Positions 1-12,210 of a DNA stretch of 64,000 nt are shown piece after piece; positions within the stretch are counted from its first letter, which is position 1; each line of letters starts with the position of its first letter. The DNA is from Klebsormidium nitens. Lineage: Eukaryota; Plantae; Klebsormidiophyceae. The notes under the pieces were generated by a model, which had not been told where the DNA came from, did no database searches, and saw only the letters and a list, made by a program, of their open reading frames with translations. The DNA lies in contig DF236982.1 of the NCBI GenBank assembly GCA_000708835.1, positions 257,515 through 321,514 on the forward strand. The letters are read 5' to 3'. The position numbers and the translations under genes were made by a program.

Positions 1-718
1 TATCCGACTTGATGACGAGGATGGGGTCTTGGTCCTCAAGGCCACCTTCTGATGAGCCCTCCACGTGAACGTTCAGATTCTCAAGGTGAACACATCTACG
101 CAGCAAATTCTCCAATGCAGGTATGGTTATGCTTGCACTTGCAAGGTTCACCTCTTGCAACAACGACACCGGTGCGGCCCTCAACTTCTCAATGCCCAAG
201 CTGCTGCCCGGTGCCGGGCACCACAAGTTCAGCTTTCGCACGCGGGACTTCAACAGAAGGCCCTCTAGCATGCCTCCCTCTGGTTCCGACAGGGTGATAT
301 AAGGCCCCCGCTCGTCTGCCCCCTCAGGCAGCGGCGCGCGGTCATCTGGGAGAATGATATGGATGTTGACTGACTCTGGGAGGCGCTTGAGCAGGGGCGC
401 AGCAAAGATATATTCGTGCGGCAGCTCCTCAGCCCCCGCCTCCGTTACGAACAGGTTCAGTGTCTCAATTGAGAAGCTTTCGTGGTGCACGAAGGCCATG
501 AAGCCCAGCGCGCTTTCTGGGCTGTTGAGGGGCCAGTCCAGAGTCTTCACCTGATGCACGAGCCTTGCGAAACGCTTGCAGACCAGGTGCGATTTGAGGA
601 GGTGCTTTGCATAGTGACCACGGTGCTCTACTAGAGATTCGTCACGGGCGCCGACAAACGCTAAGACTGATGTGACCACTTCGTCTGGCAGAAGATCAAA
701 CGGGGAGGGAGCAGCCAT
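1..718 (-). CDS. F-box/LRR-like protein, 3' end runs off the window (absent from the ORF track)
   Basis: The minus frame from the ATG at 718 is open to base 1. It begins MAAPSPFDLLPDEVVTSVLAFV...LVCKRFARLV (F-box pattern LPDEV...VCKR) and later has an LRR-like stretch, LQEVNLASASITIPALENLLRRCVHLENLNVH. Confidence 0.75.
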   Translation of the reverse strand, partial: MAAPSPFDLLPDEVVTSVLAFVGARDESLVEHRGHYAKHLLKSHLVCKRFARLVHQVKTLDWPLNSPESALGFMAFVHHESFSIETLNLFVTEAGAEELPHEYIFAAPLLKRLPESVNIHIILPDDRAPLPEGADERGPYITLSEPEGGMLEGLLLKSRVRKLNLWCPAPGSSLGIEKLRAAPVSLLQEVNLASASITIPALENLLRRCVHLENLNVHVEGSSEGGLEDQDPILVIKSD

Positions 719-1102
719 TGCGAGGCCGCGTTGTTGCACCTGCCAGAACCGTATCAGTGCCTCTTTCTGCCCGCCTTTCTGCAGACCACCTCCCAGCAAG
801 AAAGAACGGGACCCATGCGCTCCTGTTCACAACTCTGACAGTGATACTTTAAATAGCGATGCACGACATTTTGCACCAAGGTCGTTAGGCTAGCCACCTC
901 TTTACGATACTTTGAACCAATCAGAGCGCTCATAAGGTCACGTGGAAGAAACCGATACTTGAAGGTACGTACTTTGCAGGTGTTTCTTGGAAACCCAAGC
1001 AATATCCTGTTTCATCCGGTACCGGGTTTGGAGCAGTCACTCCAATTTTGCTTGAACAGAGAAGGGTGCAACATGTGAGACTGGCACTGAGAGAACAGTG
1101 AG

Positions 1103-4100
1103 ATGTGTGGCCAGGGCGGTATGGAGGAGGGATGCCGCTCTGCATGCATTATGGCTCGAAAATTGCTGCCCTGCACCTTCCTTTTGCTGGCAATCTGCTC
1201 AATTACAGGCAAAGCAGCTGCAACTCCCTCAGAGGCCGCATCGCAGGCTGTTCTGTTGTCTGGGAAGGTTGCTTTGCTGTCCCCAAGTGACCAGGGTCAG
1301 CAGGTCACATTGCCTGGGCGGGGGAGCTCAGCCTCAAGCAGAGTTGACGTGCATTGCATGAAGATCGATTTGCAGCCTCAAAATTGGAGCTGGAAGGAAC
1401 TAGTTTGGGGCACAGTGGAGGCCACAGTCTCAATTGCAGGTACACTAGAGCGTGGTAGTCACGAAACATCTTCTGCAGGAACTGAGCCTGGCCATGCTAC
1501 CACAGGACAGGCAGTGCAATTGGAGACTTGGCAGCTGCGTAGCAAGTTCTCAAGCACAGAGCACACTGCATTCTTCGTGGCGCTTGTGGCCCTGTCAGAA
1601 TGCAATCAGGGTGCAGCTGTCAACTCGACAATCGTCTACAAGGGACACGAAGGCGCCCCTTGCCGGCTCCCCGTCTCATGGTTGCAACGCTCCTGCCTCT
1701 GCTTAGGACGGCTTCCCTACAGCGCAGAAACCTTAGGAAACCCTCCACATTCTGATCGTGCAACCCCAAGGGAGCAGAGTCTAGGAGCCTCGCCCTCGAC
1801 AGTCTTTCCTTCGCAAGGTCCCCAGTCGACAGAACCTCGCTCAGCTTCCGCAGAGCACAGCTCAGACTCCTCTCACCAATCTCATAGCTCGCATGAGTTA
1901 AAAGCCTCGCCTCTCGTTCTCCATGCCAAGGCCTCCATCAGAGTCCCTCAGCTGTCCATGCTCCTCACAGCCAGTGGCCTGCTGGTCCTCTCCTCGGCAG
2001 AGCCGCTGAGCAGGGTTTCTGCAATGCACGTTCTTCTAGGGGGAATGCTCGGAGCGGGCCTGGCGCACGTTGGCGTCATGCTGGCAATTGCGGCGGTCCC
2101 CGGGGCTGTGGTGGCTTTGCCCTGGGTCGCTGCGCTGTCGGCCTACAGGCTGGGCATCTGCGAAGCTTTGACCATGCTAGTGGCAGGTGAAAAAATGATA
2201 CTGACAGCTCACTCTTTCTCCAGAAAAGGGGATGTGCAGTCAACTAAATGTCTTCTCCCCTCAAAGCTGAAGAACAGCTGATGCGCAGTCAACTAAATGT
2301 CTTCCCTCCTCAAAGCTGAAGTGCTTCAGAAGGCTCCTGAGGGACTTGAGAAGCTTCTGAGCATTCTGCTGGCTTGCAAAAGCCTCAGAATGAGGTCCAA
2401 CTGGGGTTTTTGAGAAGCTGTTAAGGAAGTTTGTCGCAGAAGTTTGTGGTTGTGGTCTTGGAGTTCACAGTTCCAACCGAAACAACTCGCTTTCTCTGCA
2501 GTCCGTCTTACTGTTTACCAGAACAGGAAAGCAACTGAGCAAACACTCCACCTCCCCGAAGCATCTTCCCCAAAGTTGTCCCCCAGGCGCCTCACTCAAC
2601 ATTCTCTCCCCGCAGGTTACGTCTACACGGTTGCGATGGCCCTGGCGCTCCTCTACCTGTACACTCAGCATTTCTCCTACGTCCAAGCTGTATACTTGTT
2701 CGTCATGTTTCATGCCGCCCTAGCAGGGGCCTTGCGTGCGGAACCTTCGCGGAGTATTACCCCAGGAGAAGCCCCCGTTCCCCCTCCACAAGTGGCGGCT
2801 ATTCTGGCAGAGGGGTCAGCCGGCCCCCCGGAACAGAGTTGGGTGTCAATGTGGGTGCCGGGAAGAGGGGTCGTGCTGCAGCGGACGGTGTATTTTGCCC
2901 TCCTTGCCTGTGGAGGGGCAATGTTTGCTGGTGAGTGTCTTTGAGTTTCTCAACTAATTGGAGCAAGTAGTGTCGGGGGCACTAATTGAAGGAGTGCTGC
3001 TTTGCACCCAAACCTTCAGAAAAGTGCTCTTATCTACCAAAGCCTCGGGGCATGCTATCAGCTCTCTTATAAAGGGACGAAGCATGTTAGGCTGTCACTG
3101 CATCTGCAAAGTGTTCACCATAGTTCTACAAAGAGACGGTTGAGTTAGCTGACTGTATTTTTTCAGCGTACCCCTCTTACAGATATCCCAACACTCGAAT
3201 GTAACTTGGCAATGTTTCTTGGTCAGAAGAAAGGTCTTCTCTCCGCCAGTATATTACTGATCGAGAATAGAAGGAACATCGGCAACAGTTGCATAACGGC
3301 AAACTTTTGAGGCACCGTCCGACGCACAGCTTGCCGTCATTCGCATCTTATTGGGTGTTGACTAAAAAGTGGGGCTCTGTGGGGATCACCTGCGGGCTAT
3401 CACGAATCATGGCAATGAGGATTCAATACCCTAGTGCTATTGTTGACATTAGTGGACTTCGGTGAAAATCGGACACTAGCCACGGATTGTGTTCAATTCC
3501 TCAAGCGTCTCGCGCGGTTGTCTACTGCCTGACCCTGAACATGGAAGCTGATGCCCTCGTCAACAACGGAACACCTAACCTGAAGCGAACCGAGATCCCT
3601 TCCTTACCTTTCCTTAGCCTACTTAATCCGTCCCAACCCTGCCTAACCCGCCACTCCAGGCACCACAAACATCTGGCTCCACGCCGCCATTCTGCGCGCC
3701 CACTCGTCGCACGACCTGCCCCTCTGGCTGGCCCTCTTCGTTGCGTCCGCCCCCGTTTTGGTATTGGTGGGGCTCGAGATCCACTGCAAGCTGCTGTCAG
3801 CCATCCTCGGAACCGTGATTTCGCTGCCCCGGGGGGTTTTGGCAGAGGGGGTCGATCTGTTGCGCTTTGTGCGGAGGCGACTGGGGTACTACGTGCCAGG
3901 GGAAGCGAGGGGGGGGGGCAGCAGGTAAGGAAGAAGAAACAATCAACAAGCTGAGACGATCCAAATTGTGAAGTTGATGCGATCACAGATGCGTAATGGC
4001 GTTTGAAGCAGCGGTCCCTTGAGCAGTGTCCTGAGACGCGTTACGTTTGTCCCGGATTTGCAGTGGCACTCTCGACTCCTCGAAAGAAGGTTTACCCCGC

Positions 4101-6141
4101 TCTTTCTTCCATACACCGGCAATATGTCTCGGATGCTCACGCTAAAACAAGGTGAGCGAGCAATAAAAGTGACGGCTATGCATTCATTTTGATTCCTGAA
4201 ATGAAGCATTCTCCGTTCCCCTGGTCAATATCCTGAACCGTAAACCTACCGTCAAATCTTCCCGTCTTCACTCCCTCACCCTTGACCCCATTCACACCTC
4301 CCCACAGGTACCACCTTCGCCCAGTCCGCCGGGTCTTCTACTCCCATGTCCTCCGAGACCAAGAACCTGGTGCAAAGTGGGGCCCCGAAAGAGACCTTTG
4401 GTTGTTGAGAAACGCTTTGCGGCGCATCGGATATTGGCTGGCCGGGGTGAAGCCCCCGGTCACCGGACGAAGCCTGAGTCACCGGAGAAAGTGGGCCGGG
4501 CGGGGTCTACCGAGCAGTTCAGAATGTAGCGAGAACGAAGTGTCGGGTGAGTGAGCATGATTCACGGCACTGGGCATTTGTTTGAGTCCTGTGGGGGTTG
4601 CATCGTAGGAACTTGTGGGCGCTGCCGAGCAACATGTGTTTCAGGAATATTCAAAGGCCGAGCACAGTGCTTCGTTGAAGAAGTGGAAACGATCCTTTTC
4701 TCTTGGTTGGGGGGCTTAGTACGGATAGCCAGTCAATCAGTACCAGTCTGTTAGGCTGACTCTGGGCCACCATTGCTCCTACTTTGCCTCCCTCACCGTG
4801 ACCTCCTTCACGGTAAGTTCTTTTGTTGAGTGCTTCGCTGAGCTGTCATTTCCAAGTCTACAACGTTTGCCATTGGACGTTGCGGAAATGTCCACTTTGG
4901 ACTTCAATGTTGAGCAGCTTTCTACGTCTGCTGACACCGAAACCCGTTGTCTCTTAAGAGAGGGGGACAGGCAAATCTGCGTTTAGGCCCCTTGACTGTC
5001 AATTACAAGCACAGGTCGCGATTGAACAGCGAGTCTGCCACGTGTCTGCAGGCGACGCGTCGAGCGACCCCACGTGGTCTCCATCCTTCGAAGGCTCCGC
5101 CGTCGGCTATAGCGCCGCTGTGGCCGCGGCAGCCGACGACGACGACGGGCAAGAAGCCAGCAGCGCTTTCCGAGAGCTGCCACGTGGCAGCGAACGGGCA
5201 GGCGAGACTGCGGGCAAAACGAACGCGCTCCGAGAAAGCGGCTCGGAGGGGCATTCCGGGCGCAGGACTGAGAGCGAGGCGGCGAACGGCGGGCTTCTAG
5301 GGTTTCTTCGTGCGGGAAGCGAGCCGCGAAGCCCTTCCGAACGGGGGGACCATCCAAGATTCGCCCTCTTGGCACGCCGTTTGGAAGGAGGGGCGGATGC
5401 CGGTACGGAAGAGGGAGCGGAACGATACGAGGCTAGCCGCTCGGAGAGTGACGCCCCGGGCTGGGGCGCCCGATTCTGGGGCGGGGTCACGTGCCGAGAC
5501 GATCGAGAGTTTGACCAGAACGTGAACGAGGAGCGGGGGGAAACCGGCGCGTTGTCAGGTAAGAGCCGCCCGTTGGACTTCCTGTTCTAATGAGTCTGAC
5601 ATCCTTTTTTGGGCCATCATCTATGCCCAGAAAAGTCGTTTGTTTTGACTGACTGGAACCGCCTCACATAGACGAGCTCGAATCAAGAGCGTCAGCCAAG
5701 CAGCAGCTCTGGTTTTGCGCTCTTTCTTAAGGTAGATGTTAAAGTAGAGTGTGCTCGATGTTACTTCCGATGTCCTAGATGTCATTCCGCTTGCGGGGCA
5801 CGCCTACGCCTCGCCAGAACCCCATTTAACGGCTTCCTTTGCGTGTCATAGTTTAAGCGGGAGTGCTCTAACCCCATCCTTATACCCCAGTCCTACACGT
5901 GCCTTCGATACCACGATTCTGCGGGTTTGCAGGGGCAGGCGAAGAGTGGGACTGGCTCGCGGCCGAGGGTCTTACTCCTGGGGAGGCCTTGGCCGGGCAA
6001 AGCTGCCCAGTGTGCCTGTCACTGAGGAAGAACCTCGCCTTCGGTTGCGGCCACCAGACCTGCCAAAGCTGCGGGGCGGGGCTGGCCAAGTGTCCCATAT
6101 GCAGGAAGAGGATCTCCGTCCGGGTGCATTTGTTCCACTGA
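1103..6141 (+). CDS. ~872-aa multi-pass membrane protein (NEMP/PNET2-like TM core, tentative) with C-terminal C3HC4 RING finger
   Basis: Six GT-AG exons with matching phases: 1103-2186, 2616-2930, 3660-3924, 4308-4546, 5052-5558, 5933-6141. There is a signal-like segment (MARKLLPCTFLLLAICS), several hydrophobic segments, and the C-terminus CPVCLSLRKNLAFGCGHQTCQSCGAGLAKCPICRKRISVRVHLFH. Confidence 0.8.
2231..2321. repeat. 49-bp tandem duplication in intron 1
   Basis: gatg(t/c)gcagtcaactaaatgtcttc...ctcaaagctgaag occurs at 2231 and again at 2280. Confidence 0.85.
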
Positions 6142-8974
6142 TGTAAGCATCTGTATTCTATGTATAGCCGATTTGTCGATCGAGGCAGCAAGCAACTCGA
6201 GTTCTCGAGGGTCTCAGATACAAACAAAGAGGGGAGGTTTGTTCCAGAAAGCAAGCGTAGCTCCAGTCGCAGTTGACGGAAAACATAAATGCAGACTTGT
6301 ATAGAAACCAGCTCGCCGAATGTACAGGAGCACTTTTGCTATGGTTCGCACAGAAGAGACCTTGCGCCATGATTTAGGAGTCAAAGGAGGACGCAACTCG
6401 CTTCCTTAGAAAGCGGTTGTCATTGACATATACAGCCCCAGGTGTATTCAATCGTACATACTTGCTACTTGCTGACCTGACATAGTTTTTGCTCAAATGT
6501 CTCGGGTTTAGGCTCGATAATCCCGTACGTTAACGAAGAACCAAGACCTCAGGAAACAATCAAAGTATAGGCCGCGAGACATGCAGCATTACACGATGCC
6601 TGGTATAGGCACCCACGCTTGATTTGCCCTGCACGTTGTGGTTCCAACCTAGATGAATCATGCGTCCGGCTTGCATGAGCACTAAGGATATGAATCTATT
6701 TGTTGAGACGCCCTTAGCGGCCGCCACGTTGCGCCGGCGGTTCACTTGATAGGCGCCAGGCACGCAAGCTTGGATCGTATGAGCACCCTTTTACCTTCAT
6801 CGAAGGGAGTCTCTTAACACAACCGCCGAGCCAGAACGCCTTAATTGTGCTGTAAGGTCGACTACTCAAAGACGTCCGCCACCGGCACTCTTCTATCACA
6901 ATATGAGCTACTTCGCTCAACCAGACGTCTGATGTCTAGGTGTACGTAGCTTTCGCATGCAATGTGGAGACATGCCAAAGCAATGCATCTGAAGCATTAA
7001 GCATAGTGGTCCGACGGCACAAAACCACCATCTGAGTCTGGCTCCCACGAAAGTGGACCTCTTCGTACGTGCCTCTAGTGGCAGCCTAATATATAGCCTT
7101 ATAGCCTTGATATAAGTATGTACGTTGCGCTCCGCTTTTCAATTCTGAACTTGCAGGACGCAGGATCGAGTAAATGGTAAGTTCGACACAGACCTAAGTA
7201 GTTTTGTAGTATTTGCTAACTATGAACGCGGCTAGATGGGGACGCGGTGAGGAAAGGCCCTTTTGTAGAGCTCCGAAGCAGCCTGACGTAGACAGAAGCG
7301 TTGCCGAGGAATGTACGTGCTCCATGCAACCGTATGCATGATAATAGTTCTTGCATCTGTACTACGGTAAATATGAAGTGAAACTCTCGGATTATGTCTG
7401 CAGGTAGATTTAATCTGGGTCCTGGCGTTGTCACACCAGGCCGACAATGGTATCCGACGGGCCGTTCATGGATGGATGGTTGTAAGTAGCTGTCCAATCA
7501 GTGGCAGCAGCGCTATGTCGAGGTATCTCGCATGAAGTTGCTACTGTTGTACAGATCCAAGTATAATGGCCAAGTACAATGGCCCCTGTCCCATGAGACC
7601 GTCTCGGACTAGTGCATCATTTGTTGGACGTGCACGATATTCACATTCTTGCAAAGGGTGCCCGCCGCCACGGATGTCCTTCCTGTTGATCGTGACGGTG
7701 TGGATATTCAGAGATATTCATCATGTAACTCACTTGATTTGGCAAAGCTGACTTCAAGACTTCGAGTCCTTGTTCTTTAACTCTCTTTCGACTGCTGTGC
7801 TCACCGTGGCAAGGATAGCGGTCATACTGAGTTGCTAAGCAATGGGGTAGCAATGCTGCGGCACATGCATGAAATGGTTCTCGGAGATGTGAAAGCCCTG
7901 AAGGCAACCCAGTGCCCACCGTTCGAAACCGGGTGGCGGGATCTTTCGAATTTACGACAAGTTCTGATCTTGACAAGCCTGATGTACGGTACTCCAAGGC
8001 TCAGCCAATCACAGTGTATTATACACTTCGGTTTTCACGGCCTGTTCGCCACGTGGGGTCGCCAGAAACATCGAAGCATACTTATAGGCTGTAGCCGTCC
8101 GAGGGACGCGGCGAATCATGTTTCCTGCGGCTCCACGTGCTAGCGTTCATGCAAAAGCCGGAGAATCTGGTTTCGGCGGCAATTGGTTGGAGCTTGAAAG
8201 GGTCGACTCGATTCTCGAGGCGAGACGCACTCGGAGGCGACAGAGAGCCGGCATGCAACGACCGTGCGACGTTGGTAGTACAGTGTTCGACACGAGCCGT
8301 CACATTGGGCAAACTTGAACGTCAGCCGAAGCATTGCTACCCGGCCGATTCAACCGACGGGAGTCGGCCGCAAAACCGACAGCTGGAATTAGGGCTGATT
8401 CTGAGGCGTTTGGCTGACACAAGTCGACCGGTTCAATTGGGTCCAGACAGCGGCCAGACAGCGAAGGACAAATCGGCCTGGCGGCCGACGAAACGAAACT
8501 CCGTATCGAATCCCGCTAACTTCACGGCCGTATCCCAGTCAGCGTGGGAGGCCCTACCATGACTAGACTTAAACTAGGTACCGTACTACCGGTACTTAAG
8601 TGGTACTGCGTCGGTGTGCCTACCTAGCTCTAGTAAGCCAGTACCTACAGTAGTAGCCTATGGTAGGCAATCCAGAGCGGTACCGCTACACTGAAAACAC
8701 GGTACACGGTACACCTCCTTACCAAGAACCGTAGCCAGCTGTAGGTTACAGTGACGAAGGGAATGCCTAGACTCTAGAGCCTCAGCTAAGGCTATGGCTT
8801 CAGGCTACAAACACACACTGTTGTCAACAGGCCAGGGATCCAGCCCATCCAGACGCGCGAACGTTGTTAAAGCGGCAAGAATCTCGCCCAGCTGAGGCGC
8901 TTGTTATAAGTTGCAAGGTTTAGCTCTCGGCACGGTGCATTGCAAGCAACCAGAGGGCGCGGCATTCGACGAAT

Positions 8975-10530
8975 ATGGCGCCCCGCTCCGTTTTACGCAG
9001 CTCCCGAGCTGCACGCTATGTGATGCTGCTCCTGGCCAACTTGGCCGTCTCCGCTCTTATCATCAGTAAGTTGTCCGCCGCGATTTTAATTCATTGTCTT
9101 TCCCTCAGCAGCTATCCTGTCTTTTGTGCAATGGCGCGGTGTTACCTGGCCCGGTATTGCCGTGTCATTAAGAAACTGTGTGCCAGAATCCCTTGGGCTT
9201 GAAACGGATTGAGAACCGCCCATGTGATTCCAAAACAAGCAAAGATGGATCTGGGGATTGCGGGCAAACGCGGCATTGCCCGTCCGGAAGTTCTTTGTTC
9301 TACAATGACGCACTGATTATGCACTGTGGATTGCACATTGTCCCCTTGGGAGGCTGCCTTGTAGAGGCTTTGATTGTGGCTGGGAGGCCTTTCTTTGTCT
9401 GAAATTTCAAGATAGTGTGACCACAAAGCTGGGCTGGGCTTCTCATGTAGGCAACACGCCCAAGCAGATGGCTTTCTCTTGAGACAGAGATGTAGAAACA
9501 TGGGCGGCTAAACTCGCCGATGGACTATATTTGTTGGTCTTTGCGGGATGCATGCTGGCAGTATGGATGCTGGTCCTAAGATATTTGCGGACTTGCATTA
9601 TGAGTCCAAGGTCTCACCTTTTTGTTCTGATGAGCTTGTTGAACTAATTTTTCCCAATGAAATGCCACCTGATGCGCGCCAATGGTTCAGATGAGCGCTA
9701 ATTCTCCAATGAATCTTGGAAGCTTCCAAGAACCATCCGACAGGCCTGGAACCAATTTTCATGGCTTGCTTGAGGGCTGTGTGCTTTGCAGATCTCACCA
9801 AGGTTACAATTGACTTCAAAAAGAGACAGATTAAAATCTTCAAAGAAGAAAATTGATACAAGAAACAGATTGAACCAGACCTCGTCCCAATAAGGGGATT
9901 CAAAGGACCAGCTTTCAGCAGAAACGAACCAAGATTGGATGTCTCCCCTTGTAGGTGCGATGCTCTCGGCCAGGGAGCCGTCTCACGTGGACGCTGTGTC
10001 GACGAGTGGAGGCCCCACAATAGCTTCACACACGAGCCGCAAGCTGCAGCAAGGTCAGTCTTTCAGCAGACTTTGCCCTTAACCATCTTTGGTTAAGAGC
10101 ATTGGACCAATTTTGAACCCTTCTCTCTTGGTGGAAGGGCACTTAACCTGCTTCATCAACCACAAACCTAAGTTGGATAATACTGGTTTTCCCCTCTGTC
10201 CCACAGCAGACTTTGCCCTTAACCATCTTTGCTTTGACCAGCTCTTATATGGTAAACGACAAAATTTTGGTTGGGGGGCAATCTCCCAGTGTGTCAGGGG
10301 TTAGCAGTGACAATTCCTCCCTGCTTTCATTTCAATCTCTCTTTCTTGCTTCCATTTCTTTTGCTCTTGTTATTTATGGTTCCAATGCCTCGAGGCCTCA
10401 GTTAGGGGCTGCCAGAAGCCTGATTGGGTGGGACACTGACTCTAGTTTCCGGCATTGTTTCTCAAAGTTGTTGGATTGTCTATGTGGGCATAAGCGGTGG
10501 GGTCTCCCTGCATGTACACAATTGGAATAA
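8975..10530 (+). pseudogene. Decayed type II membrane / glycosyltransferase-like gene (GT23/FUT8-like, tentative)
   Basis: An N-terminal TM segment is followed by ~330 codons broken by TGA stops (9210, 9225, 9306, 9480; frameshift; 9692, 9710, 9854). Weak fucosyltransferase-like motifs: GWEAF, DARQWFR, IFALTSS, SLFLAS...GSNASR. Confidence 0.5.
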
Positions 10531-11999
10531 AATGGCAGAGATGGGTAGATCTTTAAACACTTAACAGATATTGACGAGGCACATCAAGATCAGTCAAATG
10601 GATCCAGCTCTAAACTGCGTCTATTTGTCTGGTGGCTATGATAAAATTTTCGCGCAAGAAGAAGGAAGTCTGGCGCAGTATTTGCTTCTGGCTTGAAAAG
10701 GCAGCTTGTGCTGCATGCATAAGGAAGCTTGCCTAACCACAATTGAACCTCAGGATGTCGGGCAAGTGATCTTTGACTGGGGGATTAGCTGAATTGACGA
10801 ATGGCAGCTTCAGCAGAAATCCTGAAAGAGGGCTGATTCCTTGAAAGCGGTTCCTCTGTGGTCTAAGAGACATAACTATTCTGTACAGCCCCCTTGAATC
10901 AAAGCAATGCAGAGCAGTGTCTGCAAATCAAGTGCATAAGAGCGGCTTTAAGACCCTCTCACCTGCTTGGTCTAACTTTCGCTGGGAGTCTATGTGCATG
11001 GTTCACGGTTTGGCAAATCTCATCTCTAACCCAATTTGTCGAGACAGATCTCACACTTCTTCCCATTCTCTCTGTTACTGCGCACAAATGGGCTAGCTTT
11101 GTAAGTAAGAATGTCAAGGCGACAGCAGTTCTAACACAATCTTTTCAATTGCTTTTGCAGTGGTCGACCCTGCACCGGGTGAGTCGGGAGAAGGCGTCTT
11201 CAATCCACCCAATCTTCTTTTCTTTTGAGTTGACTGCTGTAACATTGCCTCTTTCTTTGTTATGATTATCCGTAAGCTATGCTTGCTCCACCCGCCCTGT
11301 CCTGTACAACTTAAGACGAAGCTTGGATTGGCACTTTCGTGGAAGATCACTTGGCTCCTTCTTTCACTCGGCCTTCTGTTTATTGGTCAAACATTAGATC
11401 AGATGGTTCATTGCGTCAGCTATCTGCGCAGCAATCCTAATGCATGCATGTCAAGTACAGAAGAGAGGCTTTGACAATGCTACTTTTCAAAAAGGTTTTC
11501 GTCTCCTGGAGACAACTCTTGCGTATCTAGGCTTGACTGGTTGTCTATCTAGGTGGGACTGATAGTGTCGAAGCCCACGACGAAATGCGGTTAACCAACA
11601 CCAGTAGATTGTGGGTTGACTAACCTATTTAACAGCCGGGTAAGATGGCACCGCGGTTATTGAGCCAGTAAGTAAACGTGCGTCAAATCGATACCTCCTG
11701 TTGACTGTTTGAAACATCAGCAGAGCAGTGCACGCGATCAAAAGGATTCATTTAGCAGGGTCAATTCGATGCATCCTACTTAGGGTTCTTCTCAGGAAGC
11801 AGGTTCGCAACTTTGACGACCTTGCATTCTTCAACGGTTTCAGTCAATATCTTTGGACGTCACTTCAGGCCTTCGCAAAGATCCTCTCCGTCTAGACATT
11901 GAGCTTGGCGCTCAGTCGCCAACTTTCTAGATCGTCCAGAGAAGCCAGGCGATCTCGTTAAGCCATCAAACCTACGTTTTACGATCTAGGAGTCCCACA

Positions 12000-12200
12000 A
12001 CCCAAAAACCCTCAGAACCTCAGACCTACAGCCTGCAATCCCTTGATTCCCGAATCCCAGATCTTGAAGGGCAAAAACGAAACCGTAACCCCGCGAAGTC
12101 AAATCCCCCCATTTTCAAAGAGGAGAATCTCGTGCCCCAGAAGCAGAAAACCTAAACCCCTCCAAACCCGAAACCGCAAACCCCTAAACCCCAAAACCCC
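12000..12200. repeat. Degenerate telomere-like C/A-rich tract upstream of the Cys-rich exon
   Basis: Contains aaacctaaaccc, cccctaaacccc and cccaaaaaccctc. There is no regular array. Confidence 0.35.
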
Positions 12201-12210
12201 CGCCCGGCAG

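Noticed and set aside
5933-6141. RGLG/copine E3 ligase orthologue
   Set aside because: Only the RING resembles RGLG. No vWA/copine domain or N-myristoylation start is present in the spliced gene.
6200-8560. Possible transposon coding remnant
   Set aside because: No frame gave a recognisable transposase, RT or helicase motif, so it is left unannotated.
9109-10095. TGA recoding (selenocysteine or alternative code)
   Set aside because: The region also has a frameshift, and neighbouring genes use TGA as a normal stop. CpG decay explains it more simply.
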